From Armatimonadota bacterium (GTDB lineage: Bacteria; Armatimonadota; HRBIN16): a DNA stretch of 64,000 bases. Under the pieces are notes generated by a model. The model searched no databases, was not told the DNA's origin, and saw only the letters and a program-made list of their open reading frames with translations. Below are positions 50,548 through 59,738 of the stretch, one piece after another (positions within the stretch are counted from its first letter, which is position 1; every line of letters starts with the position of its first letter). The translations under genes were made by a program, and so were the position numbers. The stretch lies in the NCBI GenBank assembly GCA_963677485.1, contig OY781964.1, positions 576,001 through 640,000 of the forward strand. Direction: 5' to 3'.

Positions 50548-52014
50548 GTGAACATCCGAACCTGCTTAACCGCACTGGCTGCGTTATGCGCTTTACCCGC
50601 ATTGGCGGGACCAACCACCTGGCTCGACTCCCCCATCAATGCACGCCCGATGCTTGCCAGCAGTGCCAATCCTGAGCTCGAAGAGAACGGCGATGCCCGA
50701 CCGATAGCCGCCGGTGAAACCCTCACCATCACCGACGTGAAGGGCCCGGGCCGCATCAACCATATCTGGTTCACCGTGGCCGCCAATGAGCGTGCCTATG
50801 GCCGGATGCTGGTGATTCGCATGTACTGGGACGGCGAGAAGACACCCAGTGTGGAATGCCCCATGAATGACTTCTTTGCCGAGGGGCATGGCATGGATAT
50901 GAATGTGAACTCCGCGGTGGTGACCGTCACCGCCGAAGGCCGTGCCCGAAACTGCTACTGGCCTATGCCGTTCCGCAAATCGGCCAAAATCACCGTCACC
51001 AACGAAGGGAAACTGCCGGTTCAGGCACTCTTCTGGCAGGTGGACTGGTTGAAACTCAAGTCGCTGCCCAAAGACACCATCTATTTCCACGCGCAATACC
51101 GGCAGAACCACCCTCGGCCGCGCACAGGCAACTACACGCTGTTCGACGCTGTTGGCAAGGGGCAGTTGGTCGGCACCGTAATCAATGTGCGGATGCATGA
51201 AGGAGGGTGGTTCGGCGAAGGTGACCAGCTCATCAGCATCGACGGCGAGTCGCGCCCTTCCATTCAAGGCACCGGAAGCGAAGACTACTGGTGCGATGCC
51301 TGGGGGCTGCGCCCTTCACAAAGCCTTTACTACGGCTTCCCCATCAGCGAGGGCTTCAGCGACGCGGGCAGTCTGCACACCGCCTATCGCTGGCACATCA
51401 ACGACCCGATTCCGTTCAGCAAGTCGATCAACTTCCAGATTGAGACCAGGGGTGCTCATCAGTTGGCTGATGGTTCCTGGGATGGATATGGCCGCCGTGC
51501 TGATGACTTCAGCAGCGTGGCCTACTGGTATCAGACCGAGCCTCACGCACCCTTCCCTGCCCTGCCCAAAGCGCAAGATCGTGTTTATGCAGTACAGGAT
51601 CTGATCGAAGCCGAGACGCTATTATCCGAGTCCAAGCACAGCTCCGATGCTATTTCGGTACAGGTGATTGAATCCCTCAGCGGAGGCAAGCAACTGTGGT
51701 ATACACCCAAAAACAGCAACGAGACGCTACAGGTGCCGGTGCGCGCCTCCAAACCAGGCCGATATCTGGTGAAGCTCACGTTCTTGAGCTCGTGGGATTA
51801 CGGAACCTGGAGCGTCAAGCTGGACGCATCTCAAGCCGCCAAGACCATTGATCTGTTCGCGAACCCTCCCACCCCAAAGTCGGTGAACCTCGGGATATTC
51901 GAGTTCGGCACAGAGCCTAAAGAGCTCAGCCTCAGTTGCACCGGCAAGAACAATGGCAGCCAGGGGTATTTGCTCGGCCTGGACAGCATCGAACTGCTGC
52001 CGTTGTCGAACTAG
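50548..52014 (+). CDS. DUF2961/GH172-family glycoside hydrolase, copy 1
   Basis: GPGRINHIWFT, RMYWDGE..PSVECP, NCYWPMPF and GTGSEDY; GTG after AGGAGG. Confidence 0.9.
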   Translation: MNIRTCLTALAALCALPALAGPTTWLDSPINARPMLASSANPELEENGDARPIAAGETLTITDVKGPGRINHIWFTVAANERAYGRMLVIRMYWDGEKTPSVECPMNDFFAEGHGMDMNVNSAVVTVTAEGRARNCYWPMPFRKSAKITVTNEGKLPVQALFWQVDWLKLKSLPKDTIYFHAQYRQNHPRPRTGNYTLFDAVGKGQLVGTVINVRMHEGGWFGEGDQLISIDGESRPSIQGTGSEDYWCDAWGLRPSQSLYYGFPISEGFSDAGSLHTAYRWHINDPIPFSKSINFQIETRGAHQLADGSWDGYGRRADDFSSVAYWYQTEPHAPFPALPKAQDRVYAVQDLIEAETLLSESKHSSDAISVQVIESLSGGKQLWYTPKNSNETLQVPVRASKPGRYLVKLTFLSSWDYGTWSVKLDASQAAKTIDLFANPPTPKSVNLGIFEFGTEPKELSLSCTGKNNGSQGYLLGLDSIELLPLSN

Positions 52015-52038
52015 AGCGTGGTACACGGGAGTATATAG

Positions 52039-53499
52039 ATGAATAGATGGATTGTCACAGCGCTATTGGCGTTGTTTTGCATCATGCCGCTGTTAGCTGG
52101 GCCGATGGATGGTCTCGACCGGTATGTCGACGCCAAGGCCATGCTGAGCAGCAGCACGGACCCCAACCTTGAGGGCAACGGCGATTGCCGCTCCATCCCG
52201 GCTGGGCAGACGCTCACCATCACCGATGTGAAGGGCCCAGGCCGAATCAACCACATCTGGTTCACCATCGCCGCCAGCGAGCGTGCTTACGGTAAACTGA
52301 TGATTTTGCGCATGTACTGGGATGGCGAAACCACGCCCAGTGTGGAGTGCCCCATCAACGACTTCTTCGCAGAAGGCCATGGCATGGACATGAACGTCAA
52401 CTCAGCGATGGTCACGGTCACTGCAGAGGGGCGTGCCCGCAACTGCTACTGGCCGATGCCGTTCCACAAGTCGGCGAAAATCACCGTCACCAATGAAGGC
52501 AAGCAGGCAGTTGGCGGGCTCTTCTGGCAGGTCGACTGGCTGAAGCTCCATAAGCTGCCAAAGGAAACCCCAACTTTCCATGCTCAATACCGTCAGGAGT
52601 TCCCGCGGGCACGCACTGGCAACTACACCATCCTGGAGGCCGTCGGTAAAGGCCACCTGGTGGGCACCTTCATCAGCGTGCGCATGCATGGCGAAGGCTG
52701 GTTTGGCGAGGGCGACCAACTCATTAACATCGATGGCGAAACCCGCCCCTCCGTGCAGGGCACCGGCAGCGAAGACTACTGGTGCGATGCCTGGGGCCTG
52801 CGCCCCTCGCAGAACCTCTACTACGGATTTCCGATCAGCGAGGACTACCAGCCGGGGTCACTACATGCGGCTTACCGATGGCACATCGCCGATCCAGTGC
52901 CGTTTGATAAGTCATTCAAGATGCAGATTGAGACCAAAGGTCAGCAGCGCCTGGCCGATGGCTCGTGGGATAACTACGCGCGGCTGGCGGATGACTACAG
53001 CAGCGTGGCTTACTGGTATCAGACCGAGCCGCACGCGCCGTTCCCTGCCCTGCCCAAGGCCGCAGACCGACTGTATGCCCCTCCCGTGGTGATTGAGGCC
53101 GAGTCGCTGATTGACAAGGTCACACCGGAGAAGCCATACCGAGTCGTGCAGAAGATCGAGCTACTAAGCGGCGGAGCGCAGATACTCTTCGAGCCCCCGA
53201 CAGAACAGGCGGAGATGCAGGTGCCCATCAAGGCTCCGAAACCAGGCCGGTATATCGTCAAGCTGAAGTTCCTATGCAGCTTCGACTTCGGCATTTACAA
53301 ATTCGAGATGGGCGATAAGCTGTCTGCTCCGGCGATCGACACGTTGTTTACCGGCGAGTCTACGAAGTCGCTTAAGCTTGGGATGATCAGCTTCGGTGAG
53401 GAGCCGATACCATTGAAAATGAAGTGCGTGGGCAAAAACCCCAGCAGTGCGGGTTATTTCCTCGGTTTTGACAGCATCGAGCTGCTTCCGGTGCCGTAG
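52039..53499 (+). CDS. DUF2961/GH172-family glycoside hydrolase, copy 2
   Basis: Same motifs as copy 1; tandem paralog. Confidence 0.9.
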   Translation: MNRWIVTALLALFCIMPLLAGPMDGLDRYVDAKAMLSSSTDPNLEGNGDCRSIPAGQTLTITDVKGPGRINHIWFTIAASERAYGKLMILRMYWDGETTPSVECPINDFFAEGHGMDMNVNSAMVTVTAEGRARNCYWPMPFHKSAKITVTNEGKQAVGGLFWQVDWLKLHKLPKETPTFHAQYRQEFPRARTGNYTILEAVGKGHLVGTFISVRMHGEGWFGEGDQLINIDGETRPSVQGTGSEDYWCDAWGLRPSQNLYYGFPISEDYQPGSLHAAYRWHIADPVPFDKSFKMQIETKGQQRLADGSWDNYARLADDYSSVAYWYQTEPHAPFPALPKAADRLYAPPVVIEAESLIDKVTPEKPYRVVQKIELLSGGAQILFEPPTEQAEMQVPIKAPKPGRYIVKLKFLCSFDFGIYKFEMGDKLSAPAIDTLFTGESTKSLKLGMISFGEEPIPLKMKCVGKNPSSAGYFLGFDSIELLPVP

Positions 53500-53503
53500 A
53501 AGT

Positions 53504-53731
53504 CAGTCTATTACCCACAAGTATCGCATAACCAGTAGGTCACCGATTCCGCGACATAAATATCTCGGCGATTGAACACCAAGACTGCTGAAGCAGTCTT
53601 CATTAACGTTATCTTTGTCGGTAAGGAGCTCCACAGCCCGGTTTAGCGGGCTTGTTGATCAGTAGCCGAGACATTTATGTCGCGGCATATGGTCAATACG
53701 ATCCCGATCTGGATTTGTGGGTAATCGGCTG
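53504..53731. mobile_element. 228-bp MITE with terminal IRs and a 10-bp target-site duplication
   Basis: TIR CAGTCTATTACCCACAA / TTGTGGGTAATCGGCTG; flanks CCGTAGAAGT at 53494-53503 and 53732-53741. Confidence 0.85.
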
Positions 53732-53752
53732 CCGTAGAAGTAGTGCCTTTCG

Positions 53753-53784
53753 AAAAAGGCCGTCCTTCACAGGACGGCCTTTTT
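53753..53784. terminator. Bidirectional terminator
   Basis: AAAAAGGCCGTCCT-TCAC-AGGACGGCCTTTTT. Confidence 0.9.
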
Positions 53785-54717
53785 GAGGTTACTCGATCGA
53801 CAGCACCATTTTGCCATGCGCCTTGGAGCCCATGATCCGGGTGTGAGCAAGCGCAGCATTCTGCAGCGGGATGCTGATACCCACCTCAGGTCTGATCATC
53901 TTGGTTTCAAGCAAAGAATGAACGGCATCTCGACACTGTTTATACGCATCTGGCGTCATGTTGAAAAGGGCCATACCCAGGATATCCGCCTCTTTGACCA
54001 TGGCTAACCGAGGATTGAAGTCCAGACTACCGCGGTTGCCGATGATGACGATACGTCCGAATTTCGCGATCATTCTGAGGTCGGTCTCCAGATTATCATT
54101 GGCCAGCATCTCGATGATGACATCAGGCCCCTTACCAACAGTGACGGACAGCACCTGATCGATCGTGTCCGCGGTGATGTGGTCAAACACATGTGATGCC
54201 CCAGCCGCTTGCACCAACGACTTTCCCTCAGGCGAACCAGCGGTGCCGATCACAATCGCACCCGTCGCTTTCGCGATCTGAACGGCCAGAAGACCCACAC
54301 CGCCGCTGGCTCCATGCACCAGTACCGTCTCACCTTTTTTCACGCAGCCCCGATGATATACTGCTCGGACGGCAGTCAAAGCTGGGACACCGAGCGACAC
54401 TCCCTGCTCAAAAGTAATATCGTCTGTCAAACGATAGATAGCCTCAGCATCGCAAACCACCTTTTGCGCATAGGTGCCTGTGCATCGCTTCGCGAACAAG
54501 GCGCAGACATACACGCGGTCGCCCACGCTGAACTGCTTTACATCCTCGCCAATGGCATCTACCACCCCGGCTCCATCGCTTCCTGGCGTGTAGGGCAGAT
54601 CGGGTCTGCTGAAAACATATGTGCCGGTCCGGGTGTAGACTTCACTCGGGTTAACCCCCGCCGCGAACAGGCGCACCCGGACTGTATCGCACCCGGTTAC
54701 ACAGACACGGGTTAGTG

Positions 54718-55632
54718 TTAAGCCGCAGTTGTAATGGAGTGCTCTTCTACAAAGCACTGGCGGGTTTCAAGCGGCGTTTTGAATCCCATCTTCTCCAATC
54801 GCCACGAACGATTGTACTCCTGTTTGAATTGTAGCACTGCTTCCCTCACTTCGTCGACATTCTGAAATACATGTGCGTAAATGACCTGTTCCTTTAGTGT
54901 CCGGTTGAATCGCTCAACCACACCATTTGTCTGGGGCTGTTGCACATAGCTGAAGCTGGGTGTGATCCCCAGCCGCTTGATTTCATACTGGAAGTGATCG
55001 GAGCAATTTGCGGATCCGTTGTCGAGTCTCAGAGTAAGCCCGTTGGCGACAGCACGCTCTACGCTGCCATATATAGCCTGAACCCCTTCAAGCACAGGTT
55101 GAACGGCGTTGAACCGGGTACCGAGTTTGCAGACATATATGCCTACGCACTCACCGTTCCAGTGTTCTACCGCACTGAATATCCAGATATTTCCATCATC
55201 AACCGTCCGCACCTGTGTGCCGTCAGTACCCCACATGATATTGGGAGCATCAGTAATGATCGTTCCATTGTGTTGATTAGTATCTGCCTTAGGTCTGCGA
55301 TAAGGCGATAGAAGCTCATTGTTACGCATTAGCCGAAGCACACGGTTCCTGCCCACTCGCAACTTCTGTGCTCCAAAGTGCAGTGACGCGTGGATTTTCT
55401 TATAGCCTTCACCTTGAAATGGAGAGCCATTGATTACAAGCTTGATCGCTTCCAATAGTTCATCATCGGAAACGGAGGTCTTGGGTCCACGCTTTAGCCT
55501 GGGTGTGCTTAAAGCAGGATGAACAACCTCTGTGATTTGCATATAGTAGGTAGAGCGAGGTTGTTCCCAAACTCGGCATACCCTTTCTACACCATAGTGA
55601 GCGCATGTGGCGGGGGAAATGGCAGTGCTCAT
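54718..55632 (-). CDS. Transposase OrfB (rve/DDE integrase core)
   Basis: WGTDGT, LDNGS and PQTNGVVERFNRTLKE. Its ATG overlaps the OrfA stop (ATGA); a C CCT TTT slippery site lies in the overlap. Confidence 0.9.
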   Translation of the reverse strand: MSTAISPATCAHYGVERVCRVWEQPRSTYYMQITEVVHPALSTPRLKRGPKTSVSDDELLEAIKLVINGSPFQGEGYKKIHASLHFGAQKLRVGRNRVLRLMRNNELLSPYRRPKADTNQHNGTIITDAPNIMWGTDGTQVRTVDDGNIWIFSAVEHWNGECVGIYVCKLGTRFNAVQPVLEGVQAIYGSVERAVANGLTLRLDNGSANCSDHFQYEIKRLGITPSFSYVQQPQTNGVVERFNRTLKEQVIYAHVFQNVDEVREAVLQFKQEYNRSWRLEKMGFKTPLETRQCFVEEHSITTAA

Positions 55633-56057
55633 TTCCGTAATTTCCCCCGCGTAAAAGGGGCTTCTCTCCGGTGACATCGCTCGTATAGGAGTTCAATCTC
55701 CATAGATTGCTCACCGATACGTCGCTGGGCCTCTTTGAGCTGATGCTCTAAGGGATCTTGAACACGTATCTTCAGAGCGGATTCCATGCCAGCCAGGGCT
55801 CTATCACGCCACTCCTCAATCTGATATATCGGTACACCTATTTGCCTTGATACGATCTCCAAGGATTCGCCGCCAATCAAGCGTTGAACCACCTCAAGTT
55901 TGCGTCGGCAGGACCACCGTCGGCTCTCCGGTAAAAAATTTACGTCCGGGGTGGAACTCGCCCCTTCAGTCGCGCTCCGCGCTCCTTCCGGGGCTCTTTC
56001 CACCCCGGACGTCGGAACAGACATCGGATCCGGATCATTCAAATGATGTGTCTTCAT
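55629..56057 (-). CDS. Transposase OrfA (HTH plus coiled coil)
   Basis: RRWS..RKLEVV.RL..GESL..VSR..GV....IEEWR. Confidence 0.85.
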   Translation of the reverse strand: MKTHHLNDPDPMSVPTSGVERAPEGARSATEGASSTPDVNFLPESRRWSCRRKLEVVQRLIGGESLEIVSRQIGVPIYQIEEWRDRALAGMESALKIRVQDPLEHQLKEAQRRIGEQSMEIELLYERCHRREAPFTRGKLRK

Positions 56058-56353
56058 GAACTCAGTTTACCTTAATATTCTGTCTGTAAAAATTCGGGTA
56101 CCGCTCAAGGCGCACCCGGACCTCGCCTGCGCCAGGCACTGGCTGCTCAACATCGACGTATTGTAATACCTCTGGCCCTCCGAATTCGGATACTCGAATA
56201 GCTTTCATATGGCGCCTCCTGTCCGATCAATAGGTGCGGGCCGATACTTTTCTTGAATATCTGTGCAGCACCATCAACTCAGAGTTTACCTGTAATATAA
56301 TGATCTGGTGTCGGTCTTGCCGATGACTACCCTAATATCTTTCCACGCCACAC

Positions 56354-56382
56354 TTGCGTGATATGCGATGGCATGTTACAAT
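56354..56382 (+). promoter_or_regulatory. Sigma70 promoter of rpmB
   Basis: TTGCGT, 17 bp spacer, TG-n-TACAAT. Confidence 0.65.
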
Positions 56383-56413
56383 ACGATGGTCAACATGTCG
56401 GAGGTAACCGAAA

Positions 56414-56626
56414 ATGAACATTTGCGAAATATGCGGCAAAGGTGTCTTATACGGTCAGAATATTCGTCACCGCCATTCGGGTGCATGGGCACTTCGCGCT
56501 CCAAAAACCAAGCGCGTACAAAAGCCTAACTTGCAGACCGTGCGGGCGATCGTGAAGGGTTCCCCGTGTCACCTTAAGGTTTGCACCCGCTGCCTGAAGG
56601 CTGGTAAGGTGCAGCGCGCCAGCTAA
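56414..56626 (+). CDS. rpmB: 50S ribosomal protein L28 (zinc-binding type)
   Basis: CEICGK...G.NI.H...TKR..KPNLQ...KVCTRCLK; RBS GGAGGT. Confidence 0.95.
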   Translation: MNICEICGKGVLYGQNIRHRHSGAWALRAPKTKRVQKPNLQTVRAIVKGSPCHLKVCTRCLKAGKVQRAS

Positions 56627-56660
56627 GCCTTCGCGGTTGTAAAGCCGTTTCAACAGTTTC

Positions 56661-56698
56661 AGCCGTCTTGCGTAACGCAAGGCGGCTAATCTGTTTTT
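56661..56698 (+). terminator. Terminator after rpmB
   Basis: AGCCGTCTTGCG-TAA-CGCAAGGCGGCT followed by a T-rich tail. Confidence 0.7.
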
Positions 56699-56706
56699 AG
56701 GGGGCT

Positions 56707-57160
56707 ATCCACAGATTACGCAGATTACACAGATGGGTGTGATTCCTCTGGATTGTTGTCTGAACCACGGATAACGCGGATTTGTGGGATTGCACGGATG
56801 GGAAGGAACGTCTGAACCACGGATGAACGCGAATGAACACGGATGGGGAGGAACGTCTGAACCACGAATTACGCGGATTGTTAGGATGACACAGATGGGA
56901 ACGGAGATGGCCAATCGGGAGATTGGCGTTCCCAGGCAACATCCCCCTCCGCGACCTCCGCGTCTCCGCGTGACACATCGCCGTCCCTATCTGCGTTCAT
57001 CCGCGTTCATCCGCGGTTTAGAAATGCACCTTCGCGCCTTCGCGTCTCCGCATGACACGTCTCCGTCCCTATCTGCGTTCATCCGCGTTCATCTGCGGTT
57101 TGGACAAAGATTCCGCGTGAGCAGTGCCGTTGAAAGTGGCCAATCGGGAGATTGGCGTTC
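56707..57160. repeat. Dense cluster of short periodic repeats and palindromes
   Basis: Units ACCACGGATGAACGCGAATGAACACGGAT in both orientations, CTCCGCG..CTCCGCG units, and two GCCAATCGGGAGATTGGC palindromes. Confidence 0.85.
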
Positions 57161-57171
57161 GCGGGGGGTAA

Positions 57172-57708
57172 CTACCGCTTGCGATGAACGCCTTTAATGC
57201 GCTTGTGGATCACCGCATCGGGCCGGTCGGGGTCATTCCGTATCACACTGATGCTGCCATCTACCTCAAGCATCGCCAACTCCACATCGCTGATGTTCAA
57301 AGCCTCATGCTGCCGTAACGCGGCCGCGAGTTCATCCAATGTGATCTGTTCATGCATCAGATTGCGGTGGACCGGCTCACCATGTGTTACCAGCACTACC
57401 GGAACGCCCTCCACCCAGCGTCGAAAATTGTCGCTGCGCATCCGGAACCGGCTGACCATCCAGTTGATACACAGAAGCGTCAACGCTGACAACAAGCCGC
57501 CAGTCAATGTGATATCGGCCCCTACCATGGCGGTCTGCACCGAATTGCTGATGAGCAGCAGTACCACCAGGTCAAACGGCGTCATCTGCCCGATTTCGCG
57601 CTTACCCGATATCCGTACGCCCGTCAGCAACCCAACGTACACCAGCGAGGTTCGAAGAATAATACCCCACGCCGCAGGAAATGTGATATCTAAAATACCA
57701 TGCATCAT
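57172..57708 (-). CDS. DUF421/YetF-family membrane protein
   Basis: GKREIGQMTPFDLV, EG.P..LV..G and A.LE.DGSISV. Confidence 0.9.
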   Translation of the reverse strand: MMHGILDITFPAAWGIILRTSLVYVGLLTGVRISGKREIGQMTPFDLVVLLLISNSVQTAMVGADITLTGGLLSALTLLCINWMVSRFRMRSDNFRRWVEGVPVVLVTHGEPVHRNLMHEQITLDELAAALRQHEALNISDVELAMLEVDGSISVIRNDPDRPDAVIHKRIKGVHRKR

Positions 57709-57714
57709 CGGTGA

Positions 57715-58647
57715 TCATCTCTCCCTGGAGGTTCGCTTCACTTTAATCTGCACATCACCGGCTTTAGCTGGATCCCATGGGTCCATATGCACCACCACTT
57801 CACACGGTGCAAGCAGATCGCGAATCCGCCTTTCCATGCTTTCCGCAATCGCATGGGCCTCTTTCAAGCCCATTTCGGTAGGTAGCACCACATGGAAATC
57901 CACATGCCGTAAAGAACCGGTCTTGCGGGTACGCAGGTTATGCCAGTTCAATAGTGTGGTTTCACTATCCAGCAACCGTGTGATCTCTGAGACCTCGTCC
58001 GCAGGCAGGCTGCCGTCCATCAACTGTTGACCAGCCGTCCAGGTGAGTTTACTGCCGATATACCCTATCAAGGTCGCTACGCCAATGGCCACGATGGGGT
58101 CCAGAATATCAAGCTTGGTGATAGCCACCACGGCCAATCCTAACGCCACACCAAATGAGGTCATCACATCGGTAGACAGGTGATGCGCATCGGCTTCCAA
58201 CGCCATCGAATCCGTCGCCCGTGCCACACGGAATAAGAATCGCGACACCAGGATATTCACCACACCCGATACCAGCATCACCGCCACACCTAACCAGGCA
58301 AAGTCGATCTTCGCGTGGTCGGAGATGATCGCGTGTATCTTGTGGAACGCCTCATAGGCTATCCAGATGGCTGCAAACACAATCAGTGCCGCTTCAATGG
58401 CACCCGAGATGCTTTCGGCTTTTCCATGGCCGTACTGATGTTCTTTGTCAGCCGGCTGGTCGGATATCCGCACGCAGACCCATGCGATCACAGCAGCCAC
58501 CAGGTCAAGTCCGCTATGTATCGCCTCAGAAATAATACTGACCGAGCCACTGATGGTGCCCACAACCAGCTTCATCACGATTAACAGGCTATTGGACATT
58601 ACCGAAATGGTTGCTGCTCTTGTTTTTAGCGAACCTACACTACTCAC
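57715..58647 (-). CDS. Cation diffusion facilitator (FieF-like)
   Basis: SEAIHSGLD, H.YGHGKAE, DAHHLSTD and VVHMDP. Confidence 0.93.
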   Translation of the reverse strand: MSSVGSLKTRAATISVMSNSLLIVMKLVVGTISGSVSIISEAIHSGLDLVAAVIAWVCVRISDQPADKEHQYGHGKAESISGAIEAALIVFAAIWIAYEAFHKIHAIISDHAKIDFAWLGVAVMLVSGVVNILVSRFLFRVARATDSMALEADAHHLSTDVMTSFGVALGLAVVAITKLDILDPIVAIGVATLIGYIGSKLTWTAGQQLMDGSLPADEVSEITRLLDSETTLLNWHNLRTRKTGSLRHVDFHVVLPTEMGLKEAHAIAESMERRIRDLLAPCEVVVHMDPWDPAKAGDVQIKVKRTSRER

Positions 58648-59540
58648 GCCTTATCCCCTGACTGCTTACGATATGGTTCGATATGGATCAACACATCAGC
58701 GACGCGCTGCTGCTTCTGTTTGATCATCTCTCGGACATCGGAAGCTATTCGATGCCCTTCGCTAACACTAATGTCGCCGTTTACCCAAATGTGAAGGTCA
58801 ACATAATAATCAAATCCCATCTTGCGCAGCAGGCATTTTTCGACGGTCATCACCCCTGGAACCGCCTGTGCGATCATCTTGACCGCAGCCGTGAACTCAG
58901 GTGAAGGAGCGATGTCCATCACCTCCGCCACCGCTGGTCGAAGCATCCGGACCGCGTTAAACACGATGATTCCAGAAGCAAATAGTGCCGCCCAGTCGTC
59001 CGCGTCCTCATATCCCTTGCCCGCCCAAAGTGCCACGCTAATCCCCACGAAGGCGGCTGCTGAGGTGATGGCGTCGCTGCGATGGTGCCAGGCGTCAGTT
59101 TTGACTGCCGTGCTGCGAGTTTCCGTGCCCACGTCAAAAACATATCGGAACAGGGTCTCCTTCACCACTATCACGACCACCAGCACGAGAAGGGTAAACG
59201 GTGCGGGGGTGGTGTGTGGCGACCGGATCTCCCTGATCGACTGAACAGCTATTGTCACAGCCGCCATCATGAGCATGCAACTGACAATGATCGCGGCGAT
59301 GGGCTCCGCTTTGCCATGGCCATACGGGTGGTTTTCATCACGGGGGATGGTAGCGACCTTCAAACCGGCGGCTACGATAAGTGAGCTGAAGACATCCGAT
59401 CCCGATTCGATCGCATCGGCGATCAACGCGTAGCAGTTACCGAAATACCCGGCGGCACCTTTGAACAGTGCCAGGGATGCGTTGACCGCAACCCCCATTA
59501 AAGATGAGCGTATACCCCTACCCACCGCGCGCGTGTTCAT
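58644..59540 (-). CDS. Cation diffusion facilitator (FieF-like), second copy
   Basis: ADAIES.SD, HPYGHGKAE, DAWHHRSD and LIHIEP. Confidence 0.93.
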   Translation of the reverse strand: MNTRAVGRGIRSSLMGVAVNASLALFKGAAGYFGNCYALIADAIESGSDVFSSLIVAAGLKVATIPRDENHPYGHGKAEPIAAIIVSCMLMMAAVTIAVQSIREIRSPHTTPAPFTLLVLVVVIVVKETLFRYVFDVGTETRSTAVKTDAWHHRSDAITSAAAFVGISVALWAGKGYEDADDWAALFASGIIVFNAVRMLRPAVAEVMDIAPSPEFTAAVKMIAQAVPGVMTVEKCLLRKMGFDYYVDLHIWVNGDISVSEGHRIASDVREMIKQKQQRVADVLIHIEPYRKQSGDKA

Positions 59541-59738
59541 ACCTGCTCCTGCATGACCGCTTAACAGAATGCTCCCACGCGGTTTGGTTATATTACATTA
59601 TACGGGACTTCCGCACTATGCATCTACAAGCACACTATACATAGACAAAACACACTGTATCATCTTAAAAATGGTGTTATCGCACTGCGGCATTGACTCG
59701 TTACTTGACACGGCTTATCTATACGGTTGTGAACACTG

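Larger units (their letters stand above)
54683..56107 (-). mobile_element. IS3/IS481-like insertion sequence, 1425 bp, 14-bp target duplication
   Basis: Ends TG...CA with imperfect IRs (TGTATCGCACCCGGTTACACAGACA / TGAGCGGTACCCGAATTTTTACAGACA); AGGCGCACCCGGAC at 54669-54682 and 56108-56121. Confidence 0.92.
53789..56208 (-). pseudogene. qor: NADPH:quinone oxidoreductase (zeta-crystallin family) disrupted by an IS
   Basis: The 5' part 56208-56108 (MKAIRVSEFGGPEVLQ...GEVRVRL) follows AGGAGG; the 3' part resumes at 54682 (VRVRLFAAGVNP...HGASGGVG). Confidence 0.9.

Noticed and set aside
54683-54757. ORF 53789..54757 as an intact qor gene
   Set aside because: Its first 25 codons are IS sequence; the true N-terminus lies at 56208-56108.
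56697-57197. ORFs 56697..56978, 56705..56914 and 56784..57197, or a CRISPR array
   Set aside because: The ORFs are translations of low-complexity repeats; the units vary in length and orientation.
59541-59738. tRNA or att site at the phage boundary
   Set aside because: No cloverleaf or T-loop motif, and no repeat partner visible within the window.
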